Assembly (NCBI GenBank): GCA_036395115.1
Contig: DASWDU010000001.1
Coordinates: forward strand, 558 to 64,557
Origin: Thermoplasmata archaeon
Lineage (GTDB): Archaea; Thermoplasmatota; Thermoplasmata; RBG-16-68-12
DNA length: 64,000 nucleotides
Direction: 5' to 3'
Shown here: positions 1 to 7,257 of the stretch, piece by piece
How positions within the stretch are numbered: the first letter of the stretch is position 1
Layout: each line of letters opens with the position of its first letter
Made by a program: the position numbers and the translations under genes
The notes under the pieces: model-generated
Database searches by the model: none
Told to the model about the DNA's origin: nothing
Seen by the model: the letters and a program-made list of their open reading frames with translations, nothing else

Positions 1-240
1 TTCAGGGAGGGTTCCCTCGAACAACAGGTAGTCGAGCGGGTGGTCCTCCACATGAATCGCGAGGCGCTTCGCCTGGGGATCTTTGGATGGCCCCTTCGGC
101 ACCGCCCACGAGACGAGAACTGTGCCGATCTCCAGTCGGAAGTCATAGTGAAGACTCCGAGCCCAGTGCTTCTGGACCACGAATCGGCGTCGCGGTGCCC
201 CGGTCCGAGGTGCCGCATCGGGGATGATTGGGGAGGCCAT
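1..240 (-). CDS. DNA ligase D 3'-phosphoesterase (LigD-PE) domain protein. Only the first 80 codons are present, and the gene runs off the left edge.
   Basis: Not in the ORF track because it has no stop inside the window. The reverse-strand ATG at 240 gives [80 protein letters not shown]. This matches the [18 protein letters not shown] / SWAVPKGPS / VEDHPLxY pattern of LigD phosphoesterase domains. Confidence 0.7.
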   Translation of the reverse strand, partial: MASPIIPDAAPRTGAPRRRFVVQKHWARSLHYDFRLEIGTVLVSWAVPKGPSKDPQAKRLAIHVEDHPLDYLLFEGTLPE

Positions 241-509
241 GCCGACGGCCCTGAGGGCTTCAGGTTTCTTCCTTACTAGACCCTTTGTATTGGAGTGCCG
301 CTTCGTCTGAGCGAACGCTCCGAACTGAGTCCGTTGGCCCGTTCCTCAGTGGCATCTCTTCGGGGTCACGCGAGTCATGGTCCGCCGGTCCTCACGGGAC
401 ACCGCATCCGCGCCACCCATTTAACCCGCCGCCGGGCGATTCGCCGCGGTCCCGTGCATCGTCTTATACCATGCGGACGTTCGCGCACCCAAAGGGTTAC
501 GGCGAGAGC

Positions 510-1172
510 ATGAGCGACCGGATCACAACGCGGCGGTTCCACGAGTCTCAGGGCGTCGAGGATTGGCGCGTGGTCGGCGAAGGAGCGTGCGCGTCCTTCC
601 GCACCGGGTCGTTCGCGGCCGGCGCGCGGCTCGTGAACGCGATCAGCGATCTGGCCGGCCTCGAGGACCACCATCCGGACGTCGACCTGCGGTACGATGG
701 CGTGATCGTGCGGCTGATCACGGTCGCGGCCGATTACTACGGCCTGAGCGAGCGCGACCTCGAGCTGGCTCGGCAGATCTCGGCGAAAACGCGCGAGCTG
801 GGCGTCCCCGCCGACCCCGCCACCGTGCAGACGGTCCTCGTAACGATCGATGCATTTGACATCCCCAAGGTGAAGCCGTTCTGGCGTGCCGTGCTTGGGT
901 ATCACGATCGCGGGGACAGCCCCGAGGACCTCGTCGACCCCCGTGGCCGCGGAGCGTCTATCTGGTTCCAGAAGATCGACGCTCCAGACCCGCAGGTCAA
1001 CCGAATCCACCTCGACATCTGGGTGCCACCGGACCAGGCCCAGGCGCGAATCGCCGCCGCGATCGCTGAAGGCGGCCGCCTCGTCACCGACAAGCACGCG
1101 CCGGCCTGGTGGACGCTGGCCGATCCCGAGGGCAACCTCGCCGACGTGGCGACGACGATGAGCCGCGACTGA
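510..1172 (+). CDS. Pterin-4a-carbinolamine dehydratase (PCD/DCoH)-like domain fused to a VOC/glyoxalase-like domain
   Basis: ORF 285..1172. The internal ATG at 510 (MSDRITTRRF) is the preferred start, with ATG 471 as an alternative. The N-terminal half carries LEDHHPDVDLRYDGVIV (PCD HHPD motif). The C-terminal half (FWRAVLGY...IHLDIWVP...ADPEGN) looks like a glyoxalase-like/VOC domain. Confidence 0.7.
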   Translation: MSDRITTRRFHESQGVEDWRVVGEGACASFRTGSFAAGARLVNAISDLAGLEDHHPDVDLRYDGVIVRLITVAADYYGLSERDLELARQISAKTRELGVPADPATVQTVLVTIDAFDIPKVKPFWRAVLGYHDRGDSPEDLVDPRGRGASIWFQKIDAPDPQVNRIHLDIWVPPDQAQARIAAAIAEGGRLVTDKHAPAWWTLADPEGNLADVATTMSRD

Positions 1173-1324
1173 GCGTCTGTCCTGCAAGGCTCCGCACACG
1201 CGGACTTCGGGGCCGAGGGCCTACCCAGGCACGCTCGCGGTCGGGAGCAGTAGGGCGAGTTTCTGGCGAAATTCGGAACAAAGTCCGAACGCTCGGCCTG
1301 CATTGCGACCGGGAGGCAGCTCCC

Positions 1325-2962
1325 ATGAACACGGTGAAGTGGCGCAGGCTTCGCATGGCAGCGGTCGCCGTGGCGGGCTCCATGCTGTTCGCCGCCATCC
1401 TTGCGGTCTCCCCGGATGCCTCAGAGGCCGGGAGGAGCGGGAGCGACACCATGCCGCCCGCACGGAGCGACGGGTCGCCGACGGGGACCCTTCCGGCCGG
1501 CACGACGTCCACAACCCTTTCCTTGAACACGGACGAGCCGGCGATGTGCCGGTACTCGACGACGGCGGGGGTGGCGTACAGTCGAATGAAGGACACCTTC
1601 TCGACCACGGGAGGGATGTCGCACGCAACAGCGGTCGGGGGACTCCAGGACGGGACCATATTCACGTTCTATGTGCGGTGCCGAGACCTCTCCCGCAACG
1701 CCAACCCGGACGATTACCCGATCCGGTTCTCTCTACAATCCGGGGACGATTGCGGTACTCCATCCGCGAACGCCTACGGTACGTGGACGGCTGCCGAAGG
1801 GGCGTCGAATCCCCCGTCCTCCGGTCCCGAAGGGACCTGGACGTTCGTTCCGAGCCCGAACGTCGAGTCTACGTCGCCGTCGATCTTCGTCGACAACACC
1901 CTCCAGGGGATTGAGGCGATCGCGCCGAACGAGGTCTGGACCGTCGGGTACGCGAACAACCCGGACGGACCGCAATATTCCATCCAGACCCTCGCCCTCC
2001 ACTGGGACGGAAGCGCCTGGAGCATCGTGGCGACGCCGAACGCTCCCATGGACTGGAATCGGCTCTACGCCGTCGCGGCGACGTCCTCGAACGACGTGTG
2101 GGCGGTCGGAGCCTCGCAGGACCTCGCCTACGTCCCTCTGCAGACCCTCATCGAGCACTGGGATGGGACAGCGTGGAGCATCGTGCCCTCCCCGAGCCCG
2201 GGCGCCGTCGTGAACGAGCTGAGGGCCGTGGCGGCCGTGTCCGCGAACGACGCCTGGGCCGTTGGCTTCTGCGCCGGATGGTACCGGTCGAGCACGCTCA
2301 TCGTTCACTGGGACGGGGGGAGCTGGAGCCGGGTCCCGAGCCCGAATCCGAATGCGGCATTCGCGAGCAACGAGCTCTACGGGATCGCGGCGTTCTCCGC
2401 GGACGACATCTGGGCCGTCGGGGCTTCGGGCAACTCGACGCACCCCTACGCGCCCCTCGCCCTCCACTGGGACGGCGCGGCGTGGAACACACTCTCGACC
2501 GAAGGGCTGGGAGGCGGCGGCTACGGATCGTTTTTCCGGAGCGTCTCGGGGACGGCCTCCGGCGACTTGTTGGCGGTCGGCGCGACCGTCTTCGACGCAG
2601 GCCTCGAGGGCGGCATCCGGCATGTGGCCTTCGCCGCTCACTGGGACGGGGCCACGTGGACCCACATCACGGACTTCACCTTCCTAGACCCGGGGGGATA
2701 CTACTCCTCCTCGAACTTTTACGGCGTCTCGGCGGTCGCGAGCGACTTCGGCTGGGTCGTCGGTGAGGCGGCGGGCGACGCGTGGCTGTTCCACTGGGAC
2801 GGGACGGGCCTGAAGGAAGTCCCCGCACCGGACCTCCCCTGGTATAACACCCTGTACGCCGTGGACGCCCTGGGGACGGAGATCGCTTGGACGGCCGGCC
2901 GGTACGCAATCGAGGGAGAGAGCGGGACGAAGACTCTCACCGAAGTGTACACGGTCCGCTAG
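1325..2962 (+). CDS. Secreted repeat protein, probably a beta-propeller
   Basis: ORF 1109..2962. ATG 1325 gives MNTVKWRRLRMAAVAVAGSMLFAAILAVSP, a signal peptide. About six repeats follow, each with HWDG(S/T/G/A)xW..(V/I)..P and ND(V/A/I)WAVG. Confidence 0.8.
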   Translation: MNTVKWRRLRMAAVAVAGSMLFAAILAVSPDASEAGRSGSDTMPPARSDGSPTGTLPAGTTSTTLSLNTDEPAMCRYSTTAGVAYSRMKDTFSTTGGMSHATAVGGLQDGTIFTFYVRCRDLSRNANPDDYPIRFSLQSGDDCGTPSANAYGTWTAAEGASNPPSSGPEGTWTFVPSPNVESTSPSIFVDNTLQGIEAIAPNEVWTVGYANNPDGPQYSIQTLALHWDGSAWSIVATPNAPMDWNRLYAVAATSSNDVWAVGASQDLAYVPLQTLIEHWDGTAWSIVPSPSPGAVVNELRAVAAVSANDAWAVGFCAGWYRSSTLIVHWDGGSWSRVPSPNPNAAFASNELYGIAAFSADDIWAVGASGNSTHPYAPLALHWDGAAWNTLSTEGLGGGGYGSFFRSVSGTASGDLLAVGATVFDAGLEGGIRHVAFAAHWDGATWTHITDFTFLDPGGYYSSSNFYGVSAVASDFGWVVGEAAGDAWLFHWDGTGLKEVPAPDLPWYNTLYAVDALGTEIAWTAGRYAIEGESGTKTLTEVYTVR

Positions 2963-3298
2963 GGCGAGGATCCGGACAGCGATTGGGGCTCTGCGGTCGA
3001 CACGGCACACGGGTTGGAATCGAAGCCACGTGCCGCCGACGGAAGGGCGCGAAGATCGGCGATTGCCGCCGAAGTTCCGAACCTGAGGCCGCGTAGGATT
3101 GCTCCCGACTGGGAGTGGCCTCATGTGGGGTTACTTCCAGCTGTTCCCATCAGAATGAAACTAACGCTCGTGCTCCGGTTGGGCGGTTGGATCGATTCGG
3201 ATTTCGGGATTGCTCTGGCTGTAAAACGTTACAAATATGTTGCGTTTGCGCGTTGTGGTGTCGTTGGGCCGTAGCATGTCTGGGAGTGTGGTGATTTC

Positions 3299-3598
3299 AT
3301 GACAGACGCCCCCTTGTGGGTGCTGCTTGGACCCTATATGGGGCTGGCAGGGGGCATCCTCTGGCTGGCTTTGTGGTTCTTCGGGAGACACTCGATGGCT
3401 GAAAGGGGTTGGAAACACTTCTCTCTAGGTTTGCCACTTCTGGGGATTTTTATGCTAGTTGGCTCAGCTCTTAATCTGCTGCTGGGATGGCCGCCGGCCC
3501 TGTCAACGGGAGTTGCACTAGGTTGGATTCTTTTGCTGGCGATTATGGTTGCAGGAATGATGCTCGATCTATGGACAAGGACGCGCCAATCAACCTGA
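3299..3598 (+). CDS. Small hypothetical membrane protein (3 predicted TM segments)
   Basis: 99-aa ORF in a visibly lower-GC patch. It has hydrophobic stretches (LAGGILWLALWFF, LPLLGIFMLVGSALNLLLGW, LGWILLLAIMVAGMML). No homology was recognised. Confidence 0.45.
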   Translation: MTDAPLWVLLGPYMGLAGGILWLALWFFGRHSMAERGWKHFSLGLPLLGIFMLVGSALNLLLGWPPALSTGVALGWILLLAIMVAGMMLDLWTRTRQST

Positions 3599-3698
3599 TG
3601 TCGCTGCCCTCAATGACCTCGGAGCGTGAATAAGTTCTTCCATAACGACTTCCGGTGTTTCGCGGGGCTGGGTGGGTGGATGTACACCCACGTGGGGA

Positions 3699-3771
3699 TG
3701 CTCCCGACGGGATTTGAACCCGTGTCAGAAGCTCGAGAGGCTTCTATCCTTGGCCACTAGACTACGGGAGC
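3699..3771 (-). tRNA. tRNA-Glu (anticodon CUC)
   Basis: The reverse strand folds by hand as GCTCCCG TA GTCT AGTGGCCAA GGAT A GAAGC CTCTCGA GCTTC TGAC ACGGG TTCAAAT CCCGT CGGGAGC A. This is a 73-nt cloverleaf with no encoded CCA. A TATA-like CCTTTATG lies about 30 nt upstream (3798-3805). Confidence 0.9.
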
Positions 3772-3884
3772 GCGAGGCCGCGCTAAGGGTGGCGCCGACA
3801 TAAAGGTTGCGCGGCGTTTGATGCAAACGAAGAGTGCGAAGTTTTTTCCCGCTCCCGACCCCTTGCGGACGACGAGGCGGCGAT

Positions 3885-4700
3885 GTGAAGGCGGCACTCG
3901 CGCAGCTCGATCCGGCGGTCGGCGACAAGGCGAAGAACCTCCGGAAGCTCGAGACGACGATCGCGTCGGAGCGGGCGGATCTCCTCCTCGTCGGCGAGAT
4001 GTATCTGACCGGCTACATGGCCCGCGACTCGTTCGCGCAGCTCGCGGAGCCGATCGACGGCCCGACTGTGAAGGCGATCGCGAAGATCGCCTCGGAGCAC
4101 GGCACGCACGTCGTCTTCGGCATGCCCGAGCGCGAATCGGACACGCGCAAGCTGTACAACACGTCCGTGCTCGTCGCCCCGGACGGCAAGGTCGCCTCCT
4201 ATCGGAAGGTGTACCCGGCGAACTTCGGGCCGTTCGAAGAGGGTCTCTACTTCGGCCGGGGAGACGGCCTGACGCTCGTCGACACGAAGCTCGGGCGGAT
4301 CGGTCTGCTGATCTGCTACGACGCCTTCTTTCCCGAGCTCGCCAAGGCGTACGCCCTCCAGGGCGTTGACGTACTCGCGATCATCAGCGCCTCACCGGCC
4401 ACGTCGAAGCCGTTCTTCGACCGCATCTTGCCGGCGCGGGCGATCGAAAATGCGGTGTACGTGCTGTACGCGAACCTCGTCGGCGCGGAGCTGAACGTCG
4501 TGTTCCAGGGGGGCACCCAGGCGATCGGGCCGCGAGGCGAGGACCTCGGCAAGGCGCCGGACTTCCAGGAGGCGACGGTCGTCGCCGACGTCGACGTCCG
4601 CAACGTGACCGCGGCCCGGGGACTCCGGCCAACGCTCCGCGACACCCGCAAGGAGTTCTGGGAACCCGTCGCGCCGACGGTCCCGGTGCGCCGCTCGTGA
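3885..4700 (+). CDS. Carbon-nitrogen hydrolase (nitrilase superfamily)
   Basis: ORF 3834..4700. GTG 3885 (VKAALAQLDPAVGD) is preferred because family members start M-K-x-A-x-x-Q, and a GAGG lies about 10 nt upstream. Family motifs are LLLVGEMYLTGY (catalytic Glu region), YRKVY (Lys) and GLLICYD (Cys). Confidence 0.85.
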   Translation: MKAALAQLDPAVGDKAKNLRKLETTIASERADLLLVGEMYLTGYMARDSFAQLAEPIDGPTVKAIAKIASEHGTHVVFGMPERESDTRKLYNTSVLVAPDGKVASYRKVYPANFGPFEEGLYFGRGDGLTLVDTKLGRIGLLICYDAFFPELAKAYALQGVDVLAIISASPATSKPFFDRILPARAIENAVYVLYANLVGAELNVVFQGGTQAIGPRGEDLGKAPDFQEATVVADVDVRNVTAARGLRPTLRDTRKEFWEPVAPTVPVRRS

Positions 4701-4856
4701 GCGTGGCGCACCGACCGCCACCTTCATTAGCTGAGAACACCACTATACCTCCATGGAGGAGACACAGTCCTGAAGGCGTTCGCCATCGTTTTTCTCGCGC
4801 TGATCATCGCCGCCGTCGGGCTGCGCTCCGCGATCGCCGATCCTACGGACGACCTC

Positions 4857-5828
4857 GTGACCACACGCATCCACTTCGGCGTGCAGCAGACGGACATCAT
4901 CCCCGGGGTCGCCGCGATGCGGGCTGCGTGCGACATCGACGCGTCGGGGGAGCCGATCTTCATCTTGGCGAACGAGAGCACCCGTTCGATCTTGGCCGCC
5001 GGGCCGGGCCCCTGCACGATCGTCCTCGTGCTCTTCGGCCTCGACATCGGGCTGCCCGTGTTCGATAAGACGCCCCTCGGGACGCACTCCTTCTCGTTGC
5101 CGGGCATCTCGACGGTGACGCTCGGGTTCGTGGACCTGAGCGTGGACCTGACCACCTCTCTGGATTCGACGAGCCGCGTGCCGGACGGGATCGCGCAGGT
5201 GAGCCCGAGCCAGATCGGGTGGTCGGCGTGGGGCGCGAATCGGATCCTCATCCACGGGGAAGACGGGGTCGGGAGCATCGCGACCTCGGAACTCGAGACG
5301 ACGTTCGCGTACGCGATGTCGATCGGCTTCTCGATCTACTCGCACGGGATCCCCCTGTACCATCTGGATTTGGTGCGGATCGGATCGTTCACGGGCGGCC
5401 CGTCCCTCGTCACACCCCTCTCCGTCGACTTGCGTCCCCACACCCTCACGCTCGTGGGGCCGATGGAGCTGTCGGACGACCGCGCGACGTTCACCTGGAC
5501 CGGGATCGTCGATTCGGACGTCGATCATCTCGAGCTGTGGCTGACGGACGGGAGGACGAACGTCTCGTACCGGCTGCCGGCCAACGCGACGGACGTCGAG
5601 GTGACGTTGTGGCGCTCGACGCATTACGAGGCGCGCATCGTCTCCGTGGACGGCTCGAGCCAGATGTCCCCTTCGGACGCCATCGCATTCGATACGCCGA
5701 GTGCGGGAATTCAAATACAGGACGACCTGACGAGCCCCGCCCTCAGCTGGTCGATGATGGCGGTCGCGCTCGTGGCGGGCGGGATCGGCTTCCGGTGGGG
5801 AGCCGTACGCGCCCGCAAAGTCCGTTGA
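4857..5828 (+). CDS. Surface protein with an FN3-like domain and a C-terminal TM anchor. The real N-terminus is probably upstream (see finding).
   Basis: ORF track entry with a GTG start. It has an FN3-like segment (FTWTGIVDSDVDHLELWLTDGRTNVSYRLPANATDVEVTLW) and a C-terminal anchor (WSMMAVALVAGGIGFRWGAVRARK). An in-frame hydrophobic leader is encoded upstream of 4857. Confidence 0.75.
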   Translation: MTTRIHFGVQQTDIIPGVAAMRAACDIDASGEPIFILANESTRSILAAGPGPCTIVLVLFGLDIGLPVFDKTPLGTHSFSLPGISTVTLGFVDLSVDLTTSLDSTSRVPDGIAQVSPSQIGWSAWGANRILIHGEDGVGSIATSELETTFAYAMSIGFSIYSHGIPLYHLDLVRIGSFTGGPSLVTPLSVDLRPHTLTLVGPMELSDDRATFTWTGIVDSDVDHLELWLTDGRTNVSYRLPANATDVEVTLWRSTHYEARIVSVDGSSQMSPSDAIAFDTPSAGIQIQDDLTSPALSWSMMAVALVAGGIGFRWGAVRARKVR

Positions 5829-5949
5829 ATCGCGTGCGTCGGGCCGACCGACGGACGGGTCACCGATTGCCCGTCGGCCGCTCGGCCGCGGAGGATTTGC
5901 GGGATCGACGCCCGTCTCTCGATTCCCTCCGCCGCGTTGCGGGCCCGCG

Positions 5950-6579
5950 TCACCGCGGGTCATGCGGCAGGTGGCCCTCGATCGTGCGCGCGAGCGCCTC
6001 CCCCATGCGGCGGTAGCCGTCGACGTCCGGGTGGAGCCCGTCGGGCGATCCACGCAACCGGTGCGGCGCGGCCGGGTCCGCAGCGGCGGCGTGCGTGTCG
6101 CAAAACGGGATGTCGAGGACCTTCGCGAACGATTCGATCCAATGGTTCAGGGTGAAGATCGCCGCGGTGACGTCCGGCGATGCGCGGTCGAACGGGAGGA
6201 CGCTCGCGGCCACCGGCACGATCCCTGCATCGAGCGCTTCGGCGTACATCGCGCCGAACTCCCGCTGGATCGGGTCCGGCTCGTGGCCCGCGAAGAGGTC
6301 GTTGACCCCGGCGAGGATGATCGCGTACGCGGGCTTCGCGCGGACGACATCGCGCTCGAAGCGCGCGTGGACCTCCGCGGCGGTCTGCCCGTCGATCCCG
6401 CGGTTCAGCACGGTCCACTCGGGATGGAGGCGCATCATCCAGAACGCGTACTGGCTCGCGGGATTCCCGGCGCCGCGGGGCGGCGCCTCGAGCGGCGAAC
6501 GGAACCCCGGCGTGCCGGCGGTCGTCGAGTCGCCGATGCCGACGATCGTCAGGGGCGGGGAGGGCATGCTCCCCGCCAC
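5950..6579 (-). CDS. SGNH/GDSL-family hydrolase
   Basis: Block I is IVGIGDSTTAG and block III is ILAGVNDL. Block V is PDGLHPDVDGY (DxxH). Confidence 0.85.
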   Translation of the reverse strand: MAGSMPSPPLTIVGIGDSTTAGTPGFRSPLEAPPRGAGNPASQYAFWMMRLHPEWTVLNRGIDGQTAAEVHARFERDVVRAKPAYAIILAGVNDLFAGHEPDPIQREFGAMYAEALDAGIVPVAASVLPFDRASPDVTAAIFTLNHWIESFAKVLDIPFCDTHAAAADPAAPHRLRGSPDGLHPDVDGYRRMGEALARTIEGHLPHDPR

Positions 6580-6618
6580 ATCGACACCTGTGGAAAAGGC
6601 CTTTGGGAGCCGGTCGAA

Positions 6619-7146
6619 CTATCTCGTCCGGACTCGGAGGAGATGCGCCTGAGCGACGAGGCGGAAGGACGCCTCCACGTTCGAGCCGGTCTTCGCACTC
6701 GTGGCGAGCGAGGGCCAGCCGCGCGCCCGGCACACCTCGTCGACATCCGCGGTCGGGATCGCGTCCGGCGCCTCGAGGTCGGATTTGTTCACGAGCAGCA
6801 CGGCGGGGATCGGGCCCGCGACGCTCTCGACGGCCGCCGCCCAGTCGATGAGGCTCCACAGGCTCTCGGGCCGGGTCCGGTCGCACACGTACAGGACGGC
6901 CTGGCTGTTCGAGAAGTACGCGTCCTTCAGGAGTTCGCGGAATCCGAGGGACCCCATGATGTCCCACACGCTCGCGCCGACCTCGATCGAGGCGCCCGGA
7001 TGGCGCGAATCGTCGACGCGGAAGGTGCGCGAGGAGACTTTCGTGCCCAGGGTCGATACGTATCCGCGGTCGAACGTATCCGAGACGAATCGTCGGACGA
7101 GGCTCGACTTCCCGACGCCCGGGTCGCCCGCCAAGGCGATCTTCAT
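6619..7146 (-). CDS. Ras-superfamily (Rab/Rup-like) small GTPase
   Basis: ORF 6619..7197. ATG 7146 (MKIALAGDPGVGKSS) is preferred, with 7197 as an alternative. G1 is GDPGVGKS, a G2 Thr lies in STLGT, G3 is WDIMGS (Ser where Ras/Rab have Gln), G4 is NKSD and G5 is SAK. Confidence 0.85.
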   Translation of the reverse strand: MKIALAGDPGVGKSSLVRRFVSDTFDRGYVSTLGTKVSSRTFRVDDSRHPGASIEVGASVWDIMGSLGFRELLKDAYFSNSQAVLYVCDRTRPESLWSLIDWAAAVESVAGPIPAVLLVNKSDLEAPDAIPTADVDEVCRARGWPSLATSAKTGSNVEASFRLVAQAHLLRVRTR

Positions 7147-7257
7147 CGTGAGCCCCGGGACCGATCGGTCGACGACTGGGCGCTGGCGCGAGGCCATCCG
7201 CTCCTCCGTCCCGCGGACGGGACGATAAGCGTTTGCTCCCTGCTATCAGTCCCGCGA

